DNA of 64,000 bases from Alphaproteobacteria bacterium (GCA_964291285.2 OZ219787.1:1632001-1696000), one strand, 5' to 3'; positions 33,892-48,164 are shown, numbered from the stretch's first letter. The notes: a model not told the origin generated them from the sequence alone. Translations and numbers: made by a program.

Positions 33892-35156
33892 GCGAAGCCG
33901 CCCTCGTCCTCCACCCGGTCGTCCGCAGGGACGCGCTCAGAGCGCCCGAAGCGCGCCTTGCCGAGGCCGTCCGGCTGACCGAATCCATCGGCGTCGAGGT
34001 TCCCGCGACGCGCATTGTGCGCCTGGCCCGGCCGCGCCCGGCGACCCTGCTCGGCAACGGCGCGATAGACGATGTGAAGGACGCGCTGGCCGAGAAGGAA
34101 GCCGGCCTCGTCGTTGTGGACGGCGCGCTGACGCCGGTGCAGCAACGCAATCTGGAGCGGGCCTGGGACGCCAAGGTCATCGACCGCACGGGGCTAATTC
34201 TGGAGATATTCGGCGCCAGGGCGCGGACGCGGGAAGGCGTGTTGCAGGTGGACCTTGCCGCGCTCAGCTACCAGCGCACCCGCCTTGTCCGTTCCTGGAC
34301 GCATCTTGAGCGCCAGCGGGGCGGCGCGGGCTTCCTCGGCGGACCGGGCGAGGCCCAGATAGAGATCGACCGCCGGCTGATCGACGAAAAGATCGTCAAG
34401 CTGAAGCGCCAGCTGGAGGACGTGCGCCGTACACGCGGCATCCAGCGCCGCGCGCGCAGGCGCGTGCCGTTCCCCGTCGTCGCACTGGTCGGATACACCA
34501 ATGCCGGAAAATCCACACTGTTCAACCGCCTGACCGGCAGCGGCGTTGTTGCGCAGGACCGGCTTTTCGCGACCTTGGACCCGACCATGCGCGGGCTCGA
34601 CCTGCCGTCCGGCCGGCGGGCCATCCTCTCCGACACGGTGGGGTTCATATCGGACCTGCCGACACAGCTCGTCGCCGCCTTCCGGGCCACCCTGGAAGAA
34701 GTCGTCGAGGCCGACCTGATCCTGCATGTCCGGGATATCGCCGACCCGGACGCCGCCGCACAGAAGCACGACGTCGATCTCGTGCTGGACGAGCTGGATG
34801 CGCATATGACGCCGCGGCTCGAGCTGTGGAACAAGACGGACCTGCTGGACGCGGCGCCGGCAAATGGCGGCGGCATCCCGGTTTCGGCGGTTACGGGGGA
34901 GGGCGTCGGGGACCTTCTGAATGCGGTTGACGAACAACTCGCGCACTCCCGGACGATCTCTGAATTCATCCTGCCGCCGGGTGACGGAGCGGCGATTGCC
35001 TGGCTTTACCGGCATGGCGACGTGCAGCGGCGCGCGGACAGCGACGATGGTGTGTCGTTGACGGTCGCGCTCGATCCGGCGGACCAGGCCCGGTTCGAGC
35101 AGCGTTTTCAGCCTGAGCGCAGCAGCCTCACCCCGGCGTCGCGCTCGAAAAGGTAG
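33888..35156 (+). CDS. hflX: GTPase HflX
   Basis: [37 protein letters not shown]. Confidence 0.96.
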   Translation: MSEAALVLHPVVRRDALRAPEARLAEAVRLTESIGVEVPATRIVRLARPRPATLLGNGAIDDVKDALAEKEAGLVVVDGALTPVQQRNLERAWDAKVIDRTGLILEIFGARARTREGVLQVDLAALSYQRTRLVRSWTHLERQRGGAGFLGGPGEAQIEIDRRLIDEKIVKLKRQLEDVRRTRGIQRRARRRVPFPVVALVGYTNAGKSTLFNRLTGSGVVAQDRLFATLDPTMRGLDLPSGRRAILSDTVGFISDLPTQLVAAFRATLEEVVEADLILHVRDIADPDAAAQKHDVDLVLDELDAHMTPRLELWNKTDLLDAAPANGGGIPVSAVTGEGVGDLLNAVDEQLAHSRTISEFILPPGDGAAIAWLYRHGDVQRRADSDDGVSLTVALDPADQARFEQRFQPERSSLTPASRSKR

Positions 35157-37195
35157 AGCAATATCCTGAGCGCCTCGCCGCGCGGTCCGGAAAGATCGGG
35201 ATCGCGGTCCACGATCAGGCGCGCCTCGTCGCGGGCCATGCGCAGCATGTCGCCGTGCTCCTCAAGGTCGGCGATGCGGAATACGGGCAGCCCACTTTGC
35301 CGGGTGCCAAGCAATTCGCCCGCGCCTCGCAGTTCGAGGTCCGCCTCGGCGATCCGGAAGCCGTCGTCGCATTCCCGCAAGAGCCGCAGGCGCTTTTCCG
35401 CTGCGTCGCCCAGCGGCTCTGCGTAGAGCAGCACGCAGGCGCCCGTCTGCCCGCCGCGGCCAATGCGGCCGCGAAGCTGGTGCAGTTGCGCGAGGCCGAA
35501 CCGCTCCGCCTGCTCGATGACCATGATGTCCGCCGCCGGGACATCGACGCCGACCTCGATCACGGTGGTGGCCACGAGCAGGCTCGCCGTTCCTTCCGCA
35601 AAGGCTGCCATGGCCGCGGCCTTGCGGTCGGCCGCCATGCGGCCGTGAATGAGCGCCACCCGGTTGCCGAACACAGGCTGCAGTTCCGCAAAGCGCGCTT
35701 CCGCGGCGGCGGCGTCGGTCCTGTCGCTCTCTTCCACCAGCGGGCAGACCCAGTAGGCGCGGCGCCCGGCGTCGATGGCCGCGCCGATGCGCCCCACGAC
35801 CCGGTCCATCTGTTCCATGCGCAGTACGCGCGTCTCGACCGGCTTGCGGCCGGGCGGCTTCTCGTCGAGGCGCGAGGTGTCGAGGTCTCCATAGGCCGTC
35901 ATCAGCAGGGTTCGCGGGATGGGGGTCGCGGTCATCGCCAGCGTGTGGACATCCCGGCCCTTGTCGGTGAGCGCCAGGCGCTGCTCGACGCCGAAGCGGT
36001 GCTGCTCGTCGATGACGGCGAGGCGCAGGTCCGCGAAGGCCACCCTGTCCTGGAAGAGGGCATGGGTCCCGACGACGACCGGCAATGCGCCGGAAGCCAG
36101 CGCCGCCAGCACGCTGCGGCGTTGACTTGCAGTGTGGCCCCGCCCGGTCAACAGGCCGACCTCCAGTCCGGCGGGCTCCAGCAGGGCGGCCAGCGTTTCG
36201 AAATGCTGCTGCGCCAGGATTTCCGTGGGCGCCATGATCGCGGCCTGGCCACCGGCATCATGCGCCGCTGCCGCAGCCAGCGCGGCGACGACCGTCTTGC
36301 CGCTGCCGACATCGCCCTGGAGAAGACGCATCATGCGCTGGCCGGAGGCGAGGTCGCCGCCGATCTCCGCCAGCGCCCGGCGCTGCGCCCCGGTGAGCTG
36401 AAAGGGCAAATGCGCCTCCACGGCCCGGCAGGCAGGCCCGTCCAGGGGAAAGGAACGGGCGGCGCTGCGGCGCTGATGATGGCGGACCAGCGCCATGGCG
36501 AGCTGGCTTGCCAACAGCTCGTCATAGGCGAGGCGGCGGCGCGCAGGATGGCGGGCCGTCACGCCGGTTGCGTCTTCCGGACGGTGCGCGCCAAGGAGCG
36601 CCTCCCGCCAGGCGGACCAGTGTTCGCGGGCTAGCACCGAGGGCGATTGCCATTCCGGCAATTCCGGGGCGGCATCCAGCGCGGAGCCGGCCGCGCGGCG
36701 GTAAACCCTCGGGCCGAGCCCCTGCGTCAGGGGATAGACCGGCTCCACCGCCATGGACGGCGTCCAGCGTTCCGGCCGTTCGATCACATCGGGATGGGCG
36801 ATTTGCGGCGCCGAGCGGTACCATTCGACGAGGCCGCTCACCACCCGGGCCTCTCCGACAGGCAGCGCGGACGCCAGATAGTCGGGCCGGGCGTTGAAGA
36901 ACACGAGATCGATTGCGCCCGTGTCGTCCCGGCAACGGACCTTGTAGGGCAGGCGGGTGCCGCGCGGAGGCGGGCGGTGTTCCTCGACGAGAAGGGTGAA
37001 GGTGGCAATGCGCCCGTCCGGCGCTTCGGCGACGGAAGGCGCGAAGCGCCGGTCCACTAGACCCGTCGGGAGCTGCAGGCAGAGGTCGATCTTTCGCGGT
37101 CCCGCAACCCTGCCGATCAGCCCGGCGATGCGCGGCCCGACGCCGGCGATCGCCGTGACCGGCTCGAACAGGGGGAACAGGATTTCGGGTCGCAA
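35108..37195 (-). CDS. recG: ATP-dependent DNA helicase RecG
   Basis: TTG start RPEILFPLF, LQGDVGSGKT, DEQHRFG, TATPIPRTL, QLRGRIGRG. Confidence 0.96.
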   Translation of the reverse strand: MRPEILFPLFEPVTAIAGVGPRIAGLIGRVAGPRKIDLCLQLPTGLVDRRFAPSVAEAPDGRIATFTLLVEEHRPPPRGTRLPYKVRCRDDTGAIDLVFFNARPDYLASALPVGEARVVSGLVEWYRSAPQIAHPDVIERPERWTPSMAVEPVYPLTQGLGPRVYRRAAGSALDAAPELPEWQSPSVLAREHWSAWREALLGAHRPEDATGVTARHPARRRLAYDELLASQLAMALVRHHQRRSAARSFPLDGPACRAVEAHLPFQLTGAQRRALAEIGGDLASGQRMMRLLQGDVGSGKTVVAALAAAAAHDAGGQAAIMAPTEILAQQHFETLAALLEPAGLEVGLLTGRGHTASQRRSVLAALASGALPVVVGTHALFQDRVAFADLRLAVIDEQHRFGVEQRLALTDKGRDVHTLAMTATPIPRTLLMTAYGDLDTSRLDEKPPGRKPVETRVLRMEQMDRVVGRIGAAIDAGRRAYWVCPLVEESDRTDAAAAEARFAELQPVFGNRVALIHGRMAADRKAAAMAAFAEGTASLLVATTVIEVGVDVPAADIMVIEQAERFGLAQLHQLRGRIGRGGQTGACVLLYAEPLGDAAEKRLRLLRECDDGFRIAEADLELRGAGELLGTRQSGLPVFRIADLEEHGDMLRMARDEARLIVDRDPDLSGPRGEALRILLYLFERDAGVRLLRSG

Positions 37196-37266
37196 CGCCT
37201 CGTCTCTGTGGCTGACATCGCTCGGCCGGCAATTTATACCACCGGCCACATCGAGGGGGCGAAGCG

Positions 37267-37520
37267 TTGCAGGACGAGCTCGAATACCTGCGCAAGCGGC
37301 TGCGGTTCCGGGCCTGGCACCGGGGCACGAAGGAAGCCGACCTGCTTCTCGGCCCCTTGGCGGACGCCTGGCTGGACAATCTCGACGAAGACGGGCTCGC
37401 AAGCTTCGAAGCGCTTCTGGCCCGGTCCGACCCCGAGATCATGGACTGGGTGACCGGCGCGGCCGAGCCGCCCGACGACCCGGTCGTGGCCCGTCTGATC
37501 GCCTCCGTGCCCAGGGCCGG

Positions 37521-37524
<4 letters not shown>
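37267..37524 (+). CDS. sdhE: Succinate dehydrogenase flavinylation factor SdhE/Sdh5
   Basis: RKRLRFRAWHRGTKEADLLLG (RGxxE); located between recG and mfd. Confidence 0.9.
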
Positions 37525-40952
<3,428 letters not shown>

Positions 40953-41093
40953 CCGCAGGGCGCGGCTGCTCCGCATTGTGAGTCCTGTATCGGGATACCG
41001 TTTATGCGGGCCGATGCCGGGATTATGGTATCGTAAAGCCGGCCGCCGGACGGCGGTTGCCGCGTTCGTCATCCGCGAAGGGACGAGGGAGCC

Positions 41094-41525
41094 GTGGACG
41101 AAGACCGGGTTGAAATCTCGATCGCCAACGACGTGCATGAGATCGCCGATGTCGCCGCCCGGATCGACGAGTTCTGCGAGGCCCGCGGGATCGGGCCGAT
41201 GACCGCCAATGCGGTCAATGTGTCGATCGACGAAATCCTGACGAACACGATCGACTACGGTTATGACGATGAAGGCCCGCACCGCATCGGTATTGCGCTC
41301 AGCAGGCAGGCTGACGCGCTGGTGGTCGAGATCGACGACGACAGCCGGGCGTTCGACCCCTCGGGACCGCCGCCGGGCGTCGATTTCGACGCATCGCTGG
41401 AAGAACGCGCCGTCGGCGGCCTCGGGCTCTTCCTGGTGCATGAACTGATGGACAGCGTGAACTACCGCCGGGCCGAGGGCCGCAATGTCGTGACGCTCAC
41501 GAAGAGCCTGGTTGAGACCGACTGA
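41094..41525 (+). CDS. RsbW/SpoIIAB-like anti-sigma factor Ser/Thr kinase (HATPase_c_2)
   Basis: DEILTNTIDYGY, DDSRAFDP, GGLGLFLVHELMD, Y.R..GRN; GAGGGAG SD before GTG. Confidence 0.88.
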   Translation: MDEDRVEISIANDVHEIADVAARIDEFCEARGIGPMTANAVNVSIDEILTNTIDYGYDDEGPHRIGIALSRQADALVVEIDDDSRAFDPSGPPPGVDFDASLEERAVGGLGLFLVHELMDSVNYRRAEGRNVVTLTKSLVETD

Positions 41526-41541
41526 GCGAGCCGGCGCGCGC

Positions 41542-42822
41542 TCAGGTGTTCGACAAACGGCTTTCGTCGTAGTCCTTGCTGATGCGGTAGAAGTGCGGCG
41601 TCACCGGGTCGAGGCCGGAGCGCTCATGCTCGCGGACGACATTGCGCGCGATGCCGCGCAAATGCACCTCGTCCGGCCCGTCGATGAACTGGAGCGCCCG
41701 GCCCCAGGTCCAGAGCCAGGAAAGCGGCGTGTCGGGCGTGAGCCCCATGGAGCCGAACACCTGCATCGCGCGGTTGGAGACCTCGGTCTGGAGGCGGGCT
41801 GCCACTACCTTGATCTGCGAGACCTCGTTGCGGGCCGCCTTGTTGCCGTGGTGGTCGATCAGCCAGGCGGTGCGCAGGCACAGAAGGCGCGCCATGTCGA
41901 TCTCGGTCCGCGAGAGCGCCACGGCTTCCCGCACCGTGTCGTGGTCGATGGTGCGCTTGCCGAAGGTCGTGCGGTTCAGCCCGCGCTCGATCATCAGCTG
42001 CAGGGCCACTTCGCACTGCCCGATGGTGCGCATGCAATGGTGGATTCGCCCGGGCCCGAGCCGCGCCTGCGCGATGGCGAAGCCGCCGCCTTCCTCGCCG
42101 ATCAGGTTGTCAATGGGCACGCGGACATTCTCGAACACCACCTCGCAATGCCCCTCCGGCGCGATGTGGTGCATGACCGGGATGTTGCGTGCGATGCGCA
42201 CGCCCGGCGTGCCGGGATCGACGAGCACCTGGCTCTGGCGGCGGTGCACCGCGGCGTCGGGGTCGGTCACGCCCATGACGATCATCACGCCGAGCTCGGG
42301 ATGGGCGGCGTTGGTGATGAACCATTTGCGCCCGTCGATGACCCACTCATCGCCCTCGCGCCGGATGCGCGTCTGCACGTTGGTGGCGTCCGAGGAGGCG
42401 ACCTCGGGCTCTGTCATGCAGAAGGCGGACCGGATCTTCCCGTCCAGCAGCGGCTCCAGGTAGCGGCGCTTCTGCTCCGGCGTGCCGAACATATGGAACA
42501 CTTCCATATTGCCCGTGTCCGGCGCGTTGCAATTGAACATCTCCGGGGCCCAGTAGATGCGTCCCATGATCTCGGCGAGCGGCGCATATTCGAGATTGGT
42601 GCAGCGCGTGCCGGGCGCGTCCTCGGGCAGCGAGGGCAGGAACATGTTCCAGAGCCCCTCTTCGCGTGCGCGGTCCTTGATGGCGGCGCAGAACGGGGGC
42701 GGGAAGATGCCCTGTTCGGTCAGTTCGTGCCATTCCTTGTCGCGCGGCACGATTTCGCGGGCCATGAAACGGGTGAGCTGCTCCTGCAGCTGGCGAACCC
42801 TGTCGGAGTATCCGAAATCCAT
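41542..42822 (-). CDS. Acyl-CoA dehydrogenase
   Basis: FNCNAPDTGNME, FCMTEPEVASSDATN, AQARLGPGRIHHCMR, DGPDEVH. Confidence 0.93.
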   Translation of the reverse strand: MDFGYSDRVRQLQEQLTRFMAREIVPRDKEWHELTEQGIFPPPFCAAIKDRAREEGLWNMFLPSLPEDAPGTRCTNLEYAPLAEIMGRIYWAPEMFNCNAPDTGNMEVFHMFGTPEQKRRYLEPLLDGKIRSAFCMTEPEVASSDATNVQTRIRREGDEWVIDGRKWFITNAAHPELGVMIVMGVTDPDAAVHRRQSQVLVDPGTPGVRIARNIPVMHHIAPEGHCEVVFENVRVPIDNLIGEEGGGFAIAQARLGPGRIHHCMRTIGQCEVALQLMIERGLNRTTFGKRTIDHDTVREAVALSRTEIDMARLLCLRTAWLIDHHGNKAARNEVSQIKVVAARLQTEVSNRAMQVFGSMGLTPDTPLSWLWTWGRALQFIDGPDEVHLRGIARNVVREHERSGLDPVTPHFYRISKDYDESRLSNT

Positions 42823-42850
42823 TGCGACTCGCTTTCGGGTGGGCGGCGCC

Positions 42851-43717
42851 TCAGCACGCTTCGCCGGCCATGTCGCTGCGCGACGGTGAGACCGGATAGA
42901 CGCCGAGGATGCGGATTTCGCGCGAAAAGAAGTCGAGCTCCTCAAGCGCCAGCCGGACGGAATGGTCCTCTGGGTGCCCCTCAATGTCGGCGTAGAACAG
43001 CGTGGCGGTGAAGCTGCCGTCGGTCATGTAGCTTTCGAGCTTGGTCATGTTGACGCTGTTGGTGGCGAAGCCGCCGAGCGCCTTGTAGAGCGCGGCGGGC
43101 ACATTGCGGACCTTGAACAAGAGCGTGGTCGTCACCGGCTCGCCCGGCGGCGGGTGCGCCGGTTCGCGGGCAAGGACGATGAAGCGGGTCGTGTTGTGCG
43201 CGGCATCCTCGATGTCGGCGCGCAGGATTTGCAGCCCGTAATGCTCGGCGGCAAGCGTGGACGCGATCGCGGCTTCCCCGGGATCGGCCAGCCGCGCCAC
43301 CTCGGCGGCGGCGCCTGCGGTGTCGGCGTGGACGAGCGCGGTGAGACCGAGTTCGCGGATCAGCCGGCCGCACTGGCCGAGCGCATGGACGTGGCTGCGC
43401 ACCCGCCGGATCGTCTCCAGGCTGGCGCCGGGCGCGGCGAGAAGCTGGTGGCGCACCAGCTCGAAATGCTCGGCGACGATGTGCAGCCCGGTTTCCGGCA
43501 GCAGCCGGTGAATGTCGGCTACACGCCCGGCGATGGAGTTTTCGATGGGAATCATCCCAAGCACCGCCTCGCCGTCCTCCACCGCTGCGAAAGCGTCCTC
43601 GAAGGCCCGGCAGGGGAGCGGTTCCAGATCCGGATAGGCCCGGCGGCAGGCAAGGTCTGAATAGGCGCCCGGTTCGCCCTGAAAGGCGATCCGGCGGGCG
43701 TCGGCTTCGGCGGCCAT
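42851..43717 (-). CDS. pheA: Prephenate dehydratase
   Basis: IAFQGEPGAYS, PIENS, NTTRF, ACT domain NMTKLESY. Confidence 0.95.
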   Translation of the reverse strand: MAAEADARRIAFQGEPGAYSDLACRRAYPDLEPLPCRAFEDAFAAVEDGEAVLGMIPIENSIAGRVADIHRLLPETGLHIVAEHFELVRHQLLAAPGASLETIRRVRSHVHALGQCGRLIRELGLTALVHADTAGAAAEVARLADPGEAAIASTLAAEHYGLQILRADIEDAAHNTTRFIVLAREPAHPPPGEPVTTTLLFKVRNVPAALYKALGGFATNSVNMTKLESYMTDGSFTATLFYADIEGHPEDHSVRLALEELDFFSREIRILGVYPVSPSRSDMAGEAC

Positions 43718-43730
43718 CGGATGCTTCGAC

Positions 43731-44459
43731 TTATCGTTGCGGGGCAAGGAGTTCCCGCGCTCGGGCGAGGTCGGCGGGAGTATCGACACCGAGCGGAACG
43801 CTGTCAACGACCGCCACCGCCATCTGCATTCCCGCTTCCAGTGCGCGCAACTGCTCCAGTTTCTCGCGCTGCTCCAGCGGGCTCGGCGGCAGCGCCGTGA
43901 AGCGTTCGAGCGCCGCCCGGCGCCAGGCATAGAGGCCGATATGGTGGAAGAGCGGGCCGGGACCCGTCGGCGCGGTTGCGCGCGTGAAATAGAGCGCGCG
44001 TCCGTCCGCGCCGAACACTGCCTTCACGACATTGGGGTTCGCGCGTTCCTCCTCGCGCACGATCTCGGCCGCGACCGTGCCGATATCCACATTCGGGTCG
44101 TCAAGCAGGGCCAGCGCGGCGCGGATATCTCCCGGCGGCACGGTCGGCAGGTCGCCTTGGAGGTTGACCACCCGGTCGAACCGCCGGCCGGGGTCGAAGG
44201 CGTCGAGCGCGGCGCGGATGCGGTCCGAGCCGGAGGGCAGGTCCGGGTCCGTCATCGCCGCCTCGCCGCCCGCTTTGCGCACCGCCTCGGCCACTTCCGG
44301 CTCGCAGCAGGCGACGAGCACCGGTCCGACGCCGGCCTCCAGGGCGCGTCGGAGCACATGGACGACCAGCGGCCGCCCGGCGATGTCCGCCAGCGGCTTG
44401 CCGGGCAGGCGCGCGGACGCCATCCGCGCGGGTATCGCGATCAGCGCAGAACCGCTCAT
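43731..44459 (-). CDS. kdsB: CMP-KDO synthetase
   Basis: [39 protein letters not shown]. Confidence 0.95.
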   Translation of the reverse strand: MSGSALIAIPARMASARLPGKPLADIAGRPLVVHVLRRALEAGVGPVLVACCEPEVAEAVRKAGGEAAMTDPDLPSGSDRIRAALDAFDPGRRFDRVVNLQGDLPTVPPGDIRAALALLDDPNVDIGTVAAEIVREEERANPNVVKAVFGADGRALYFTRATAPTGPGPLFHHIGLYAWRRAALERFTALPPSPLEQREKLEQLRALEAGMQMAVAVVDSVPLGVDTPADLARARELLAPQR

Positions 44460-44606
44460 CGCTTGGGATTTACGCGACGCAACGCCGCATATCCGCTCAT
44501 TTCAGCCGTCCCTACACTCGGATTCCGACAGAGGAATTCCCGGCACACGCCATGCCGCCGTGCAAGAATGCCCTGGCGCGCGCGGCCGTCAACTGGACGA
44601 CAAGGC

Positions 44607-45668
44607 ATGGATTTTTTCGAGGTCAACAAAATTGCAGGCGGGCTCCTGCTGGCCGGCGTCGTCACCATCTTTATCGGCATTTTCGGCAATACTCTGGTCC
44701 CCAAACATGATGGCGGGCACGGCGCTGAGCCCCACGCGGCCGACATGGCCGCCGCGGTTCCCGCCGCGCGGACTGAACCGGCGGGCCCCGAGCCCATCGC
44801 CGGCATGCTGGCCGAGGCCGATATCGCGCGCGGCGAGTCGATCACCAAGAAATGCACCGCCTGCCATACCTTCGGTGAAGGCGGCGCGGCCAAGCAGGGG
44901 CCGAACCTCTACAATATCGTCGGCGCGGACATCGCGGCGCGGGACGACTTCGGATATTCCGACGCGATGGCCGAACATCCGGGCGAGTGGGACTACGCCA
45001 ATCTCAACGCCTTCCTCTTCAAGCCGAAGAGGTTCCTCAAGGGCACCAAGATGACTTTCGTCGGGCTGAAGAAGGCCCGCGACCGCGCCGATCTCATCGC
45101 CTATCTGCGCACGCTCTCCGCCTCGCCGCAGCCGCTGCCGGAAGGCGGCGCGGACGGGCCGGCCAAGGAGGGCGAAGCCGAACCCAAGGCGGCCCTGCCG
45201 GCGGAACCGGACCGCAAGCGCGCAGCCGGGGAACCCTCTCCCGCGCCGGAAACGGAAGAGCGCCTTGGCTGGAGCTTCTCGCTGATCGGGTCGGCCATGG
45301 CGGCGGAGCCGGCCAAGGACCTGGCCGAGCGCCTCGCGGCCGGCGATCCCGAGGCCGGCAAGAAAGTGTGGCGCAAGTGCAAGGCCTGTCACACCGTCAA
45401 GAAGGGCGGCAAGAAGCGCATCGGCCCCAATCTCTGGAATATCGTCGGCGCGGATGTGGGAGCACGCGAGGGCTTCAAATATTCCAAGGGCATGCTGGCG
45501 TTCGGCGGCCAGTGGACCTACGAGCGGCTCGACGCCTACCTCACGAAGCCGAGGAAGGTGGTGAAGGGCGGCAAGATGTCCTTTGTCGGCCTCAAGAAGC
45601 CGAAGGACCGCGCCAATGTCATCCTCTTCCTGCGGAGCATGGCGGACGAACCGCTGCCGCTCCCCTGA
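44607..45668 (+). CDS. Membrane-anchored cytochrome c (CycM-like) with two class I heme domains
   Basis: MDFFEVNKIAGG + TM; CTACH..GPNL..GTKM and CKACH..GPNL..GGKM; divergent from kdsB. Confidence 0.9.
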   Translation: MDFFEVNKIAGGLLLAGVVTIFIGIFGNTLVPKHDGGHGAEPHAADMAAAVPAARTEPAGPEPIAGMLAEADIARGESITKKCTACHTFGEGGAAKQGPNLYNIVGADIAARDDFGYSDAMAEHPGEWDYANLNAFLFKPKRFLKGTKMTFVGLKKARDRADLIAYLRTLSASPQPLPEGGADGPAKEGEAEPKAALPAEPDRKRAAGEPSPAPETEERLGWSFSLIGSAMAAEPAKDLAERLAAGDPEAGKKVWRKCKACHTVKKGGKKRIGPNLWNIVGADVGAREGFKYSKGMLAFGGQWTYERLDAYLTKPRKVVKGGKMSFVGLKKPKDRANVILFLRSMADEPLPLP

Positions 45669-45692
45669 GGCGCCTCGACGCGCGCCGGCCTG

Positions 45693-46457
45693 ATGATCCG
45701 CGCCTTCCTCGACCGGCTGGGCGACACCGTCCGCCCCATCCACCGGTGCTATTTCCGCTCCGGCGTTGCGGTCGAGCTCAAGGACGACGAATCGCCCGTC
45801 ACCCGCTCCGACCGGGAGGCCGAACTGGCGCTGCGCCGGGAGATTGCGGACGCCTTTCCGGAAGACGGCATACTGGGCGAGGAGTTCGGTTCCGAACGCC
45901 TCGATGCGCGGCGCGTCTGGGTGCTTGACCCCCTCGACGGCACGCGCTCCTTCGTCAACGGCAAACCCGCATTCGGCGTCATGGCGGCGCTGCTGGAGGA
46001 AGGCAGGCCGGTCGCGGGCCTGATTGACATGCCGATCCTGTCCGAGCGCTGGATCGGCATTGCCGGTGAGCCGACGACCTTCAACGGCAGGCCGGTGCAT
46101 ACGCGCGCCTGCGAGAGCCTGGCCGCCGCCTCGCTCAACGCCACCTCGCCGGACATGTTCCCGGACAGCGCCTCGCGGGCGGCGTTCGACCGCCTGTCGG
46201 CAGCCTGCGGACAGCGCCATTTCGGCGGCGACTGCCATCTCTACGGCCTGCTGGCCTGCGGCTGGATCGACCTGGTCGCGGAGGACAGCATGGCGCCGTA
46301 CGACTATCTGCCCCATGTCGCCATCGTCGAAGGCGCCGGCGGGCGCATCGCAGACTGGCGGGGCCGGCCGCTCGATCTCGAGTCCGACGGCACCGTGTTG
46401 GCCGTGGGCGCGCCGGAGCTGTTCGACCGGGCGCTGGAACGCCTGCGCGGCCCATAG
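45693..46457 (+). CDS. Inositol monophosphatase family (HisN-like)
   Basis: SPVTRSDREAE, ILGEE, WVLDPLDGT, DWRG. Confidence 0.85.
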   Translation: MIRAFLDRLGDTVRPIHRCYFRSGVAVELKDDESPVTRSDREAELALRREIADAFPEDGILGEEFGSERLDARRVWVLDPLDGTRSFVNGKPAFGVMAALLEEGRPVAGLIDMPILSERWIGIAGEPTTFNGRPVHTRACESLAAASLNATSPDMFPDSASRAAFDRLSAACGQRHFGGDCHLYGLLACGWIDLVAEDSMAPYDYLPHVAIVEGAGGRIADWRGRPLDLESDGTVLAVGAPELFDRALERLRGP

Positions 46458-46484
46458 TGCGGCAGGGCGCCGGGTCCGGTTGAC

Positions 46485-47864
46485 ATGGCGACGCGGGTCC
46501 TCGTTCCCTCGGGTGTGCTCGGTTTGGGCTTCGACCGCGAGGCGCTCCGGCGCGCGGCGGCGGACAGGCCGGACATCATCTGCATAGACGGCGGCTCGAC
46601 CGACAGCGGCCCCTTCTATCTGGGCGCGGGAGTTTCGAAATATTCCGACGCCTCCGTGCGGTCGGAATGGAAGGAACTGCTGGCCGCACGCGCGGCGGCC
46701 GGCTGCCCGCTCGTGCTCGGCTCCGCCGGCACCTGCGGCACCGACGCCATGGTGGAGGGCATGCTGGCGGCGACCCGCGCCATCGCGGAGGCGGAGGACC
46801 GCCGCCTCAGGGTCGCCACGCTGAAATCGGAGCAGCCGGCCGCGTCTGTCGGTGAAGCTCTGGAAGCCGGCAGGCTGGCGCCGCTTGCAGGCGCGCCGGA
46901 AGCTGGCATCTCGGCCGACGACATCGCGCGCTGCACGCATATCGTGGCGCTTGCAGGCGCGGAGCAGATTGCGGCTGCGCTCCGGACGGGCGCGGATGTG
47001 GTGATCGCCGGGCGCGCGACCGACACGGCGGCGATCTCGGCGCTGCCGCTGATGAACGGCGAGCATGCGGGCACGGCCTGGCACGGCGCCAAGATCGGTG
47101 AATGCGGTGCGCTCTGCTCGACGAGGCCGATGAGCGGCGTGATCGGCCTCGAGTTCGACGCTGCCGGCTGCACGGTCGAGCCTCATGCCGACGGCGCGCG
47201 CTGCACGCCGGAATCCGTGGCGGCGCACATGCTCTACGAGAACGCCGACCCGTTCATCCTCCACGAGCCGGGCGGGCACCTCGATGCGCGCGGCGCGACA
47301 TACGACGCGCTGGACGGGCGGCGGGTGCGCATCTCCGGCTCCCGCTGGGTCGCGTCCGAAACCTACTCGGTGAAGCTGGAAGGGGCGCGGCTCGCCGGAT
47401 ACCAGACGACGGCGCTCGCGATCCTGCGCGACCGGCGCTATGTCGCCGATGCCCGGCGATGGCTCGACCGGCTGGAGGCGTTCCTCGGACGCGAAATCCC
47501 GGCCCGCATGGGCCTCGAAGCCCGTGACTATGCCATCGAGTTCCGCCTGATCGGCGTGGATGCGGCGCTCGGGCCGCTGGAGGCGCGGACGTCCGATCCG
47601 GTCGAGGTCGGCGTGCTCGCCATCGTGACGGCGGCCTCGCAGGAAATGGCGACGGAGATCGCCCGGCTCGCCAACCCCTTCCTGCTGCATTTCCCGCTGA
47701 CCGACGAGGAGGACCTGCCGACCTTCGCCTTTCCCTACTCGCCGGCCGAAACCGAGCGCGGCCCGCTCTACGAGTTCGCCCTCAACCATGTCATGCGGCT
47801 CGACGACCCGATGGAAGCGTTCCGGTTGGAGGTGACGGAGGTCGGGCATGGCCCGGCTGGGTGA
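46485..47864 (+). CDS. DUF1446 / AtuA-like protein
   Basis: PSGVLGLGF, DGGSTDSGPFYLG, GADVVIAGRATD, AWHGAKIGECG, AHMLYEN. Confidence 0.82.
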   Translation: MATRVLVPSGVLGLGFDREALRRAAADRPDIICIDGGSTDSGPFYLGAGVSKYSDASVRSEWKELLAARAAAGCPLVLGSAGTCGTDAMVEGMLAATRAIAEAEDRRLRVATLKSEQPAASVGEALEAGRLAPLAGAPEAGISADDIARCTHIVALAGAEQIAAALRTGADVVIAGRATDTAAISALPLMNGEHAGTAWHGAKIGECGALCSTRPMSGVIGLEFDAAGCTVEPHADGARCTPESVAAHMLYENADPFILHEPGGHLDARGATYDALDGRRVRISGSRWVASETYSVKLEGARLAGYQTTALAILRDRRYVADARRWLDRLEAFLGREIPARMGLEARDYAIEFRLIGVDAALGPLEARTSDPVEVGVLAIVTAASQEMATEIARLANPFLLHFPLTDEEDLPTFAFPYSPAETERGPLYEFALNHVMRLDDPMEAFRLEVTEVGHGPAG

Positions 47865-48162
47865 CGCGGTAAGGGCGGTCCGGTCCAAGAATGCCGGGCC
47901 ATTCATGGTCACGGTGGACATATTCTGCGGCACGGACGCGGCTTTCCAGTGGGTCAATGCAGCGGTCCCGGTGGCGGCGGTCGAGCGGCTCTACCGCGTG
48001 GACCCGGCGCAGGTCGCACGCTACGAACTGCCGGAGTTGCGGGTGGTGAAATTCAGCTTTCCCCGCCCCGTGCCGCAGGGAAGCCGCGGCGACCGCGACA
48101 TGCACGGCGCGCAATGGGCGGTGCTGCTGGCGGAAGCGGAATTCGGCGATCCCGGCCAATAG
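47848..48162 (+). CDS. DUF4387 family protein
   Basis: VRSKNAGPFMVTVDIF, KFSFPRP..QG...DRDMHGAQ; overlaps DUF1446 gene. Confidence 0.82.
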   Translation: MARLGDAVRAVRSKNAGPFMVTVDIFCGTDAAFQWVNAAVPVAAVERLYRVDPAQVARYELPELRVVKFSFPRPVPQGSRGDRDMHGAQWAVLLAEAEFGDPGQ

Positions 48163-48164
48163 CG

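Noticed and set aside
35108-35156. 49-bp convergent overlap of hflX and recG
   Set aside because: Short 3' overlaps of convergent genes are common in high-GC genomes
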